In this document: positions 1 through 15,000 of the stretch, in pieces
How positions within the stretch are numbered: position 1 is the first letter of the stretch
Layout of the letters: every line of letters starts with the position of its first letter
NCBI RefSeq assembly: GCF_902652985.1
Contig: NC_047028.1
Location: 14,880,001-14,944,000, forward strand
Direction of reading: 5' to 3'
Source of the DNA: Pecten maximus
Taxonomy: Eukaryota
Length of the DNA: 64,000 nucleotides
Program-made: the position numbers and the translations under genes
Notes under the pieces: model-generated
Database searches by the model: none
Told to the model about the DNA's origin: nothing
The model's input: only the letters and a program-made list of their open reading frames with translations

Positions 1-32
1 TAACTCAAACAAACCAGCTGACTATTACATAC

Positions 33-3000
33 CTGCATGTAAGCCAGCTAAAAAAGCAGCCCCGAGACTAGTTATGTCAGCTCGTTGTTTGGCTCGGTCA
101 ATCACCTGACCAGTAAGGTCAGAGATTAACTGCATCAGGAAATTGTTATTACATACTCCACCATCAGCTCTACAAATACAGGACAGACATTTTAGCATGA
201 TTAGAAGTTTACCTTATAGTATCGCAGAGAAGTGGAATAACAAATCTAATTTTAATTTGATTTCTGAATCAACACTGCAATATGTGTATCTTAATTTTCA
301 TCAATAAAAAAAAAACTATTTTATCATATATGTGCCAGCTGGAACATAGACAAATTGTAGCTTACATAACAGGGAAGCATAAATATATTGTTATACCTGT
401 CATAATATATTGTAACATAAATATCTATGGTGATCATGTTGTAATTCCTAATCTTGATATAATGTATTATAAATATCTATGGATGCTGTAATACCTAATC
501 CTGATATATCATAACATAAAAATCTATAAATGTTGTAATACCTACCCTATAGATGTTGTAATACCTACCCTATATAGATGTTGTAATACCTACCCTATAG
601 ATGTTGTAATACCTACCCTATATAGATGTTGTAATACCTACCCTATATAGATGTTGTAATACCTACCCTATAGATGTTGTAATACCTACCCTATAGATGT
701 TGTAATACCTACCCTATATAGATGTTGTAATACCTACCCTATATAGATGTTATAATACCTACCCTATATATGTTGTAATACCTACCCTATATAGATGTTG
801 TAATACCTACCCTATATAGATGTTATAATACCTACCCTATATATGTTGTAATACCTACCATATAGATGTTGTAATACCTACCCTATATAGATGTTGTAAT
901 ACCTACCCTATAGATGTTGTAATACCTACCCTATAGATGTTGTAATACCTACCCTATAGATGTTGTAATACCTACCCTATATAGATGTTGTAATACCTAC
1001 CCTATATATGTTGTAATACCTACCCTATATAGATGTTGTAATACCTACCCTATATAGATGTTATAATACCTACCCTATATATGTTGTAATACCTACCCTA
1101 TATAGATGTTGTAATACCTACCCTATATAGATGTTGTAATACCTACCCTATATATGTTGTAATACCTACCATATAGATGTTGTTATACCTACCCTATAGA
1201 TGTTGTAATACCTACCCTATATAGATGTTGTAATACCTACCCTATATAGATGTTATAATACCTACCCTATATATGTTGTAATACCTACCCTATATAGATG
1301 TTGTAATACCTACCCTATAGATGTTATAATACCTACCCTATATATATGTTGTAATACCTACCCTATAGATGTTGTAATACCTACCCAATATAGATGTTGT
1401 AATACCTACCCTATAGATGTTGTAATACCTACCCTATAGATGTTGTAATACCTACCCTATAGATGTTGTAATACCTACCCTATATAGATGTTGTAATACC
1501 TACCCTATATAGATGTTGTAACACCTACCCTATATAGATGTTGTAACACCTACCCTATATAGATGTTGTAATACCTACCCTATAAATGTTGTAATACCTA
1601 CTCTATATATGTTGTAATACCTACCCTATAGATGTTGTAATACCTACCCTATATAGATGTTGTAATACCTACCCTATATATGTTGTAATACCTACCCTAT
1701 ATAGATGTTGTAATACCTACCCTATATAGATGTTATAATACCTACCCTATATATGTTGTAATACCTACCCTATATAGATGTTGTAATACCTACCCTATAT
1801 AGATGTTATAATACCTACCCTATATATATGTTGTAATACCTACCATATAGATGTTGTAATACCTACCCTATATAGATGTTGTAATACCTACCCTATATAG
1901 ATGTTGTAATACCTACCCTATATAGATGTTGCAATACCTACCCTATAGATGTTGTAATACCTACCCTATAGATGTTGTAATACCTACCCTATACAGATGT
2001 TGTAATACCTACCCTATATAGATGTTGTAATACCTACCCTATAGATGTTGTAATACCTACCCTATAGATGTTGTATTACCTACCCTATATAGATGTTGTA
2101 ATACCTACCCTATAGATGTTGTAATACCTACCCTATAGATGTTGTAATACCTATCCTATAGATGTTGTAATACCTACCCTATAGATGTTGTAATACCTAC
2201 CCTATATAGATGTTGTAATACCTACCCTATAGATGTTGTAATACCTACCCTATAGATGTTGTAATACCTACCCTATATATGTTGTAATACCTACCCTATA
2301 GATGTTGTAATACCTACCCTATAGATGTTGTAATACCTACCCTATAGATGTTGTAATACCTACCCTATAGATGTTGTAATACCTACCCTATAGATGTTGT
2401 AATACCTACCCTATATATATGTTGTAATACCTACCCTATATAGATGTTGTAATACCTACCCTATATATGTTGTAATACCTACCCTATAGATGTTGTAATA
2501 CCTACCCTATATAGATGTTGTAATACCTACCCTATATATATGTTGTAATACCTACCCTATAGATGTTGTAATACCTACCCTATAGATGTTGTAATACCTA
2601 CCCTATATATATGTTGTAATACCTACCCTATATAGATGTTGTAATACCTACCCTATAGATGTTGTAATACCTACCCTATATATGTTGTAATACCTACCCT
2701 ATAGATGTTGTAATACCTACCCTATAGATGTTGTAATACCTACCCTATAGATGTTGTAATACCTACCCTATATAGATGTTGTAATACCTACCCTATATAT
2801 GTTGTAATACCTACCCTATAGATGTTGTAATACCTACCCTATATAGATGTTGTAATACCTACCCTATATATATGTTGTAATACCTACCCTATAGATGTTG
2901 TAATACCTACCCTATATATATGTTGTAATACCTACCCTATAGATGTTGTAATACCTACCCTATAGATGTTGTAATACCTACCCTATAGATGTTGTAATAC

Positions 3001-6000
3001 CTACCCTATAGATGTTGTAATACCTACCCTATATATGTTGTAATACCTACCCTATAGATGTTGTAATACCTACCCTATAGATGTTGTAATACCTATACCC
3101 TATGGATGTTGTAATACCTACCCTATATATATGTTGTAATACCTAATCCTGATATATTGTATACCGCAGACTATATCTTACCTGATCATATATGAGAGTT
3201 CCACTTTGGATTCTTTAAGAATGGCTTCATAGAGAATTTTGAACCTAAATGCAATTGATTCCAGTAATGCCCGCACAAGATGAGCCTTAGTAGTGGTGGG
3301 TTTTACTCCGATGATGGAAGACGCTGCCTTGTCATCATTGATTGGGGCCTATCAACAAAACCAGTACAATGTAATGACAATGATTTTCAATCAACCAGAG
3401 ACAAAGGAATACTTTTCAAATTATTCTATCAGAAAATCAGAGATTATTTTGGAAAACTCCATTGGCTAAAAATTATGACATTTACATGTTATGAATAAAA
3501 GAGAGTCATGTCCACAATGTTTCCAACAGAATTATTTTTCATTTCATGAATCATAATTCTAAAGTTCTTTGACCAGTCGCAATGATATCTAATATTGTCA
3601 AAGTACATGTCTACAATCTACAATCTACCTCTTGCTTAGCATTGGTAAGAAAGGACAGAGGCTTGACACATTTCTATGACCCAGAATGAAAACCTAACCC
3701 CAGGGTCCGGCCCCTAGATCACTTATTATTATAATAAGTGATTTAGGGTTTAGACCCAGGGAGATAATTTTTCATGCTGGGTCATAAGAACGTGCCATGC
3801 TCCCCTGTGTCAGAAAACTCTTGATCAAGTGTACATATATAGTTACCTGGAGTCCACTAAAAGCTGCCACGATACACACCCTGTCAGAATCTGAAACACA
3901 AAAAACATCATTATCTTAATGATTTAAAATGGAAAAAAACAAAGCAAATTGAATTATTGAATTTAGTAATAATCATACATTTCTTAATTGTTAAATATAT
4001 CTCAAAACTGCATATTTCACCTCTCATAACTTTGTTTTTTGATAAATTTGCTAGTTCATGCCTGCTGTGAAACTTCAGAGCTGCTTGAGGGGGCTAGTCA
4101 AGCATGACCAGAAAGTGGACGTTGTAAGCGTTATCCTAGGGGAAGTGAAACGGAAGTAAAATTCCAAACATGAAATATACTCATAGTATAAATGCGTAGC
4201 TGAGGGCAAAATTGGCTGTATAAATCTGACCTTGGCAGAGAGAGAAGTAAAAAATGTCTGGAAGTAAAAAATGTCTGTAAGACATTAATGTCCTAACTGC
4301 CACTTGATACCCGAAATACAGCAATATGAGAAACATACTCATTATCAACCTTTCTAAAAAATTTGATGAAAATCTATGAAAAAGTTGAAGCTTTTCTGTA
4401 TATAGCAAAAGTACCCTTGGCCATAATGTCCCCTCCTAGCTGTGTTGACAGGTGTCATTGGTGATGCAGAAGACTCTTACTCTACTGGACCACGTACCTG
4501 GTCTTATTCTCCCTGTACATTGTCAAACGTCTCCATGCATATCCATATCTTATGTTGATATTTGTCCTTTTTTTATAATTTTGAGTTTGAGTTATGGTTT
4601 CATTATTTTGCTGGTATTCTTTGTTGTTTTTTGTGTGGAGGTTTTATGGGGGTGGGAATAGGGAAGCTTACAAAGTTGATCTGTCATATTCTACCAACAA
4701 TGGATCAATCAGTCCATCTAGCATAAAGAGCAACGAGATCTTTGTTTATCACAGCCATTAGACAGGTGCTCAATGCTTTGGTCAAAATCTAGATATTGCC
4801 AAGTGAGGCAGTAAAGGAAAGAAACAGGAGTACCGAGGGTGCAACAACAAGTACACTGGGTATTACTAAAGCAATACATGACCCCTATTGGCCCCCGCTA
4901 AATACGATAACAGTTACCTTGACCCCAAACACCCTGAAACTCAAATTTGATCTATAGCTACTTATACTGAAGTTACATACCAACTTTCACTAACAGACTA
5001 AGCCCCAAGTATCACTGAAAAGTCCTAACATCTTTATCATGATTTTTATTTTTATTCATGATTCGGCACACACTTTATCTATTAATAAGTTTGTTTGTTA
5101 AGGTGCCTATCATTGTGTGCCTTTTATGTTAATTCTTGTGTCCTTATCTCTACCTACAGAACTTATAATTACCTGGTACTGACTCGGCTATCCTTGCTGT
5201 GTCGGACACATCCTCAAACAGACCTGTACAGAAAGGATAAGTATGAAGCTACGTCTGTCAAATATACAGGTATGGAAGTCATACAGGTATATTCCTGCTT
5301 CGGTAATTCTATAACAATGACATTGTGTTATAACATACCTGTAGACTTGGCCCAATCTATAACAATGACATTGTGTTATACCATACCTATAGACTTGGCC
5401 CAATCTATAACAATGACATTGTGTTATACCATACCTATAGACTTGGCCCAATCTATAACAATGATGTGTTATAACATACCTATAGACTTGGCCCAATCTA
5501 TAACAATGACATGTTATAACATACCTATAGACTTGGCCCAATCTATAACAATGACATTGTGTTATAACATACCTATAGACTTGGCCCAATCTATAACAAT
5601 GACATTGTGTTATAACATACCTATAGACTTGGCCCAATCTATAACAATGACATTGTGTTATAACATACCTATAGACTTGGCCCAATCTATAACAATGACA
5701 TTGTGTTATAACATACCTATAGACTTGGCCCAATCTATAACAATGACATTGTGTTATAACATACCTATAGACATGGCCCAATCTATAACAATGATGTGTT
5801 ATACCATACCTATAGACTTGGCCCAATCTATAACAATGACATGTTATAACATACCTATAGACTTGGCCCAATCTATAACAATGACATATTATAACATACC
5901 TATAGACTTGGTCCAATCTATAACAATGATGTGTTATAACATACCTATAGACTTGGCCCAATCTATAACAATGACACTGTGTTATACCATACCTATAGAC

Positions 6001-9000
6001 TTGGCCCAATCTATAACAATGACATTGTGTTATAACATACCTATAGACTTGGCCAATCTATAACAATGACATGTTATAACATACCTACAGACTTGGCCCA
6101 GTCTATAACAATGACATTGTGTTATAACATACCTATAGACTTGGCCCAATCTATAACAATGATGTGTTATAACATACCTATAGACTTGGTGAAATCTATA
6201 ACAATGACACTGTGTTATAACATACCTGTAGACTTGGCCCAATCTATAACAATGACATTGTGTTATAACATACCTATAGACTTGGCCCAATCTATAACAA
6301 TGACATGTTATAACATACCTACCTATAACAATGATGTGTTATAACATACCTATAGACCTGGCCCAATCTATAACAATGACATGTTATACCATACCTATCT
6401 ATAACAATGACATTGTGTTATAACATACATATAAACTTGGCCCAATCTATAACAATGACATTGTGTTATAATATACCTATAGACTTGGCCCAATCTATAA
6501 CAATGACATTGTGTTATACCATACCTATAGACCTGGCCCAATCTATAACAATGACATTGTGTTATAACATACCTGTAGACTTGGCCCAATCTATAACAAT
6601 GATGTGTTATAACATACCTATAGACTTGGCCCAATCTATAACAATGACATTGTGTTATACCATACCTATAGACCTGGCCAACTCTATAACAATGACATTG
6701 TGTTATAACATACCTGTAGACTTGGCCCAATCTATAACAATGACATTGTGTTATAACATACCTAAAGACATGGCCCAATCTATAACAATGATGTGTTATA
6801 CCATACCTACAGACTTGGCCCAATCTATAACAATGATGTGTTATAACATACCTATAGACTTGGCCCAATCTATAACAATGATGTGTTATAACATACCTAT
6901 AGACTTGGCCCAATCTATAACAATGATGTGTTATAACATACCTATAGACTTGGCCCAATCTATAACAATGACATTGTGTTATACCATACCTATAGACTTG
7001 GCCCAATCTATAACAATGATGTGTTATAACATACCTATAGACTTGGCCCAATCTATAACAATGACATTGTGTTATACCATACCTATAGACCTGGCCCAAT
7101 CTATAACAATGACATTGTGTTATACCATACCTATAGACCTGGCCCAATCTATAACAATGACATTGTGTTATAACATACCTATAGACTTGGCCCAATCTAT
7201 AACAATGACATTGTGTTATAACATACCTACAGACTTGGTGCAATCTATAACAATGATGTTGTAATATAACATACCTATAGACTTGGCCCAATCTATAACA
7301 ATGACATTGTGTTATAACATACCTATAGACTTGGTCCAATCTATAACAATGACATTGTGTTATACCATACCTACAGACTTGGCCCAATCTATAACAATGA
7401 CATTGTGTTATAACACACCTATAGACTTGGCCCAATCTATAACAATGACATGTTATAACATACCTACCTACATCTTCGCTAGCCAAGGCTTCTGATTACG
7501 TTACACTACACGAACCCTTGGCGGATATAGGCGTCAGTTCTGGCCCTCTAGCGGAGATTCAAAATTACCACTCTTTACGCATGAAATTATCGACCAATCA
7601 AAACGAGCGTTACCGATTTACTTCATCTGAGATGTTTACAAACACATGTGGAGGCTTGTGTCATTTTGATGAGATATGTGATCAATGACTTAAATAGATT
7701 GATCAAACACTGCGAATGTTTCCTTAAAGATAGTTCGTGTCTGTATATAGGTAAAATGCCATGACATAGTCGACATTGTAGCTCTGTACTGGGTGCCGCA
7801 ATTTTTGTTTACTGCGAAACCAAGCCTGAACGTAAAACACGATTTGATTGGGTACCCTAGGATTCCAGGGCGTGACGGTTTGAACACGACTATATCCGCC
7901 AAGGGTTCGTGTAGTGTAACGTAATCAGAAGCCTTGGCTAGCGAAGATGACCTACCTATAACAATGACATGTTATAACATACCTACCTATAACAATGACA
8001 TGTTATAACATACCTACCTATAACAATGACATGTTATAACATACCTACCTATAACAATGACATGTTATAACATACCTATAGACTTGGCCCAATCTATAAC
8101 AATGCCTGTATCCGTTATGGCCCCTTCTGCTACATACACCAGTTCATCCTTTATCTTCCAGCCAATTTGAGGATACAGACCTAAAACATGGGATATAGTA
8201 CAGTTATAAAAAGTGCCGAGAGAAAACGGTTATAGGAAGTATATACATTATTTACTACGATATTAAATGTAAGAAACTCCGGAATATCATGAACATGAGT
8301 CTGTCTGTTTGTACAGTTAATATGTTTGTGTGGTTTATTTGGTGGGTTAATCACCCTGTAAACATCAGTTTTGGTAGGAATCTCCTGTAGCTACTTAACG
8401 GTACATCACCATACCAAACATCACCTACCATATACTATCCACACCAATAATTGTATAGCATCTCTCCCAGAGACATGACCATTACAGTTAGGACTGTCTG
8501 TGATCTAAGCCTCCTGATATAGCTAGTAATGAGATCAAATTACAATATATCTAACATAATTATTGATTCTCACTTGGACAAACAATACATGTGCACATCA
8601 TATTTGCCAGATATCTTCAAAATTCATCACATTATTAATCAAACTTTAAGATAATAATAAGTTATTAAATTGTTAGATGAAACTGGAAACTATCAAACCT
8701 GCAACAGAAGCATGAGCATAGCTGCCTGTATTCACATCAACAAAGGTTCCTGTTCCCATGGTGCACTTCATATCTCCAACGTCATAGCAACACTCCCCAA
8801 ACATGGCCGACATCTGGTCAGATATCTGGGTAGAGAATCATAAAGAACATCACGTCAACAAATAGTTATATTATGACATAATTGAAAATAAAAAAAACAG
8901 CATTTACTAAATTTATTATTCTAGGCCACATATTTGAAAAAGATATTTCCCAATTTGTTATTGAAAGCAATTGTAAAATTAGCTCTTTGATCCTGATTGT

Positions 9001-12000
9001 TACAGTTAAATAATAATCATAAGCATTTTACAAGAATTACAATGAATTACATGTACACATGTATATGTCTCACCTGTCCCACTTTGTCAGTATAGCTAGT
9101 TTTAAGCAAACTCCACAGTTCACTAAAATATCAGTATCTCTTTAAAAAAACAACCAATTGACTTGCACTTAATAGCTTGGAAGCAGCCTGTATGCATTAT
9201 AGACATGTGTATATATTGATGCATTGCAAAATAAATATGTTATCTAATTTTGCAAAATTACTAATTCTGCAAATTCAACTAAATATGTCATTTTTACCCA
9301 AAAAATCACTCTTTCTGAAAAGAGTTTTTACCTAAAACTACAGCAAAGAATTTAAAATTCATGTGATCTGTTGGTTGTGTTTAGATGTCCATACTACAAT
9401 GCAACTACATATATCACAGGTTTGGTTGGGAAAACATTCAATTTGATACTTTTCGAGAAACTGAGCCAAACACAAAACTTTAAAGTTCAGATTCCAAGCA
9501 TTCCTAACTTTCAGAGTCACTGGACCATAAACTGTGGATAAAATTCCATTAAAGAAGGGTGTGTTGAAATGTCCACTACATGATCTAACTTTATACCAAG
9601 TTTGATTAAATTTGTCGGAAAAGTAACACCACTTTCTCACTTCAGGACTTACATGTGTCACAGGCAAGACAAAAATTAGGTAATTTTATAACTTCAGATG
9701 TTTTCTTTTTTTTTTTTTTAGATATCTGCTGAATGAATTGAGTGCTCACCATAGCTGTGATGGGTATAGCCGCACCAAACAGTGAAGGGTCAGTTTTTCC
9801 AAACAGGCAACTGAAGCAAAATAGATAATATAGTCTACAGGCGTATCACATTATGTTCTAATTTGAACTTTCAGAAGAAATCACTTGATAGGAACATGGA
9901 CATGAATAAGCTTTTTTTTATATACAGGTCAAGAAATACAGCTTTAATCCTGCAATAAGACTCGACCAAAACATGATTAATCTTATTCTGACTCTTTGAG
10001 TGAGCCACATATGTTAGTACATTTTGTTTTAATTGTACTAAACATAAATACATGTAAGATTATGATGGCATGGTTACCATATATGGGCTTATTTTATTAT
10101 ATCTTTTGTGATTTTGAGATTTACCAGTGTTTTTATAATATAACCTATTACAAATTGATTTATTTAGTAAAATTCAATTATCTTATAATCAACCGTAAAA
10201 GCAGTGTAATCATTTTTACCATACTCCGAAAATGAGGGTGAGACATGTTATATTCCAAACATAAACAATTTTCACTGTACCAGATGTAGAGACATACCTC
10301 GTATCTTTGATCTCAGGTAGAATGTTCATTGGAATGTTTAGAAGGTTACATACTATAGAACTCCATTCTACCTGTAAGTAAACACATACTACAACATCTT
10401 ACAGGTACGTCAATGGAGAATTACTATTGGTCAGTGTGGAAAAATGGGGGTCGCCCCTCCCATCCCCTTCCCGAACACTCAATCTAATCAAAAGGAATTT
10501 AATACATCAAAGACATACAGCATATTTTACATTTTAAATCACTGGCCATGTAACCACAGGTGAAGATCTGAGGTGAACAGTTTGACATTCCATACCCATG
10601 TTGGTCTGAGGGCCACAGTTTGACATTCCATACCCATGTTGGTCTGAGGGCCACAGTTTGACATTCCATACCCATGTTGGTCTGAGGGCCACAGTTTGAC
10701 ATTCCATACCCATGTTGGTCTGAGGGCCACAGTTTGACATTCCATACCCATGTTGGTCTGAGGGCCACGGTTTGACATTCCATACCCATGTTGGTCTGAG
10801 GGCCACAGTTTGACATTCCATACCCATGTTGGTCTGAGGGCCACGGTTTGACATTCCCTAGCCATGTTGGTCTGAGGGCCACGGTTTGACATTCCCTAGC
10901 CATGTTGGTCTGAGGGCCACGGTTTGACATTCCATACCCATGTTGGTTTGGGTTTCTCGGGAAGTTGGGAAATAGGCTTGTCTTTACTGTCGTGGCTGTG
11001 TCCTCGGGCAAGAGACTTTACCCTAATTGCTCTAGATGGCATTCGCTGCGCCTCCCGTATATATTTGGTTATGTAGTCACAAACTACTACAAGGTGACCA
11101 TGCCTCAAAATGACCCTTGCTCTTAATGGGACGATAAACGCAGTAAACAAACAAACAAGCCTAAATAGACAAATGAAATTATTGAAAATTCTTAAATTAT
11201 GGCTTAAAATATAATCAGAAAGCAATACACTATTCAGAAATTGAAAAATTATTCGTCATTTCTACGATATCCCTACCCTACTAACCTGGAAAGGATCAAA
11301 TAAGCCTGTCCCACTGGCATTGGAATAGTCTGTGGCATGGACCTTCTCACCAGTCAGTTTCCATAGCAACCACGTATCTATACACCCAAACATCACCTGG
11401 TCTTCTGATGCTCTCTTCTTCAACTAAAAACAATACGTCATCTGTGTAACCTCAGACAAGTCATGTAAAAAAGATGTCTATTTCTTTGTTTTGATTGGCC
11501 TATGAAAGCTATTTATTTGCTAATGTTCATAGGGTCTTGAAATAGGTATATGTACTAACCACTACTGAAATCCAATCTTCATTGTTTAAATGTTAAACCT
11601 CAATCTACTAAAGGTGTAGTAGCAGGAGTCTTAGAAAAATGACTGACAAACAAAGGCTGAAGTGAGGGGTCTGAGAGGGGTCCAAGAGGGGTCTTAGAAA
11701 GACGATTGACAAACCTCTACTCAGAGGCTGAAGTGGACTTCTTAGAAAGACGATTGACAAACCTCTATTTAGAGGCTGTAGTGGAGATCTTAGAAAGACG
11801 ATTGACAAACCTCTATTCAGAGGCTGAAGCGGACGTCTAAGAAAGATGATCGACAAACCTCTACTCAGAGGCTGAAGTGGACTTCTTAGAAAGATGATTG
11901 ACAAACCTCTACTCAGAGGCTGAAGTGGACTTCTTAGAAAGATGATTGACAAACCTCTATTCACAGGCTGAAGCGGACGTCTTAGAAAGATGATCGACAA

Positions 12001-15000
12001 ACCTCTATTTAGAGGCTGAAGCGGACGTTTAAGAAATATGACTAACAAACCTCTATTCAGAGGCTGAAGCGGAGGTCTTAGAAAGATGATCGACAAATAA
12101 ATAATTTGTTTACCTCCTCTATGTTCTCTAGGGCCCAGATCAATCGTAGACCAACCTGTGGAAAAAAAACACCACACTTGTGTAAATCATGTACAACACG
12201 CTTATCACATTTAATATCATGGACTGAGGACTTACTCATCACAAAATTATATATTACTCTAGATCTTGGTATCTTTATAATATAGTGCACACATTAAGCT
12301 ATTTAAACAAATTTACATAATTTATATCCCATGTTTTAAGCAAAACATTTCTACCTATCATCAGTATTTCTATTGGTGTGATTTGGTGTTGATATATATC
12401 TGTTTCTTTGATTTAATATATAATTGGTCCATACAGACACATATACCAAATTTGATTGAAATCAAACTTCCTTTGGGAACAGAAATTGCACTGAAACCAA
12501 TTAAACACATCAACCAATCAGGTATCCTAAATAATCATTCATAAACAGAAATAATAAAATAGTGATCAAACCAATTAATTAGATATATCCATTCCATTGT
12601 ATAAAAATGAAAAACAGCTCAATAGGAATAAAGTTACATGAACACTTGTGTTAGGAGATAGAAACCTTGTACCTGATTTGACAGAAATTTGAGTACACTG
12701 GCTGCCAGGAATCTGGGTTGTCGAGTAAACAGATGGAGGAAAGAAGATCCTTTGTTCAAAGCCTTCAATACAAATTACTTACAGTGATTAGGTTTTTATC
12801 AAAACAAATGCTAGAAAAGAAGTTTTTAACCAAATCACTTTTCATAACATTTATGTTATGAATTTAAATAAATAGATTGAAGAAATGTATTTGTTGTTGA
12901 TATTCTGTAAAGAAATTAAGAATTAATTGACTGATTGATAAAAAGAAAGAAAACAAAAACTGAAGGCTTGTTATACAAGGATCTTAAATTACCCGTAGTT
13001 TGTATGAGTTGTTCCATGACTTGACATGGTCACTTGCTCTCAGGTCCTGCCAGGTGATGAAGTTATGGAATGGCTTCCCTGTCTCTCTGTTGGCAGATTC
13101 ATCAACATTAATAAGTGAAAGAAGACCATGCACATGTATAAGTTTAATAAGTACATGTGTTTCTAGATTACTTTCCCTTATCAAATTATTTCCATTCTGG
13201 TGTTCCTTATTTAGGGCAATTGAAAACGATCCTTTAAATTCAGGGCCTTTTCATAGCTTATCAATGAACTTTGGACCTACAAGATGTATCTAAAATTTTG
13301 ATGAAAACAAACTGTATCATGATGACTTGTAACTTGCCGGAATCAGATACATTTATTTTATGCATAAAAGTATCTTTACCTGTCCTAGGTGAAGAATGTA
13401 GATATATATATACTTTACACTTACCTGTCCCAGGTGAGAAATGTAGATATCTGTATACTTTACACTTACCAGTCCCAGGTGAGAAATGTAGATATCTGTA
13501 TACTTTACACTTACCAGTCCCAGGTGAGAAATGTAGATATCTGTATACTTTACACTTACCAGTCCCAGGTGAGAAATGTAGATAAATGTATACATTACAC
13601 TTACCTGTCCCAGGTGAGGAATGTAGATATCTGTATACTTTACACTTACCTGTCCCAGGTGAGGAATGTAGATATATATATACTTTACAGTTACCTGTCC
13701 CAGGTGAGGAATGTAGATATCTATTTACTTTACACTTACCAGTCCCAGGTGAGAAATGTAGATATCTGTATACTTTACACTTACCTGTCCCAGGTGAGGA
13801 ATGTAGATATATACATGTGTGTATATACTTTGCACTTACCAGTCCCAGGTGAGAAATGTAGATAAATGTATACTTTACACTTACCTGTCCCAGGTGAGGA
13901 ATGTAGATATCTGTATACTTTACACTTACCTGTCCCAGGTGAGGAATGTAGACATCTGTTTACTTTACAGTTACCTGTCCCAGGTGAGGAATGTAGATAT
14001 CTGTATACTTTACACTTACCTGTCCCAGGTGAGGAATGTAGATATATGTATACTTTACAGTTACCTGTCCCAGGTGAGGAATGTAGATATTTATATACCT
14101 TAATCTTACCTGTCCCAGGTGAGGAATGTAGATCTCTGGTTTGTTATCCCCATACATGTCACCTGGCTAGCAGTTATGTTAGCAGCTTAAATAATGAAAT
14201 TATACATTGTTACCGATTTCTACACATACATACCAATGTATTCTGTTACATAACAACAATAAATTTCCCTTGATATGTTGTATCAAAGAGCAAAATTTCT
14301 AGTTATATTGAACATTAGGCTGATCACATGAGTAACACAATGATAGATTACCAGGTGTAATTTCTAGCCCCACACTGAAGAACAGATAAGGTTATAAATA
14401 CTTGATAAAACATATTTTCTTTTGGTTCAAAAAATTATTTTAAAATGAAAACTGATGTTAACATTCAGCACCATATCAATCTATTTTTATATACAATAAC
14501 AAATGTATACCTCTGATAGATTCCTTGATACACTCGACAGCTTGTTGTACCAACTGATCCGGGTCTATCTCCGACCAGCGGGGCTTAGGGTATATGACCT
14601 GTATCTGTAACCATTACAATAACAAAAACTAAAACAGTGACTAGGGACATTGCCATGTTTAAAACGTTTATACATTGCCATGTTTAAAACGTTTATACAA
14701 AGTTATCACTATACACGATGATTACAATGACTCCAAATCATATCATAATCACAACATCACAATGTACTTTTAACATAAAATTATAATGAAAAATACTCGG
14801 CTACTGCTGGGGCTCTATCTATAGCTAGTGGTCACCTCTTGCTTTCCAAGCGGACATCCAAACACTTAACTAAAGGGAAATTCCTGCTTCTTAGGCTCTG
14901 TACGACAGATGGTCGTCGTCAGAGTGCCAGAGATCAGTGTAGGCAGGGTATGAATATTCGTTCTAGTAAGGTGAAAGCTGACCTTATACTCTCCACTTTT

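Noticed and set aside
5095-7495. Long ORFs on both strands ([16 protein letters not shown] / [16 protein letters not shown] repeats)
   Set aside because: By-product of a 45/48-bp unit lacking stops in those frames inside a GK5 intron. Frameshifted variants interrupt them and there is no unique domain.
4820-12530. Probable decayed Helentron/DNA-transposon fragments (~4820-4990, ~9400-9670, ~12330-12530)
   Set aside because: Motif flavour only (CCTTGACC, TACCAAGTTT). Boundaries and family cannot be supported without a library search.
10499-14273. Repetitive ORFs at 10.5-11.0, 11.6-12.2 and 13.3-14.3 kb
   Set aside because: Translations of minisatellites. Only the short embedded GK5 exons are coding.
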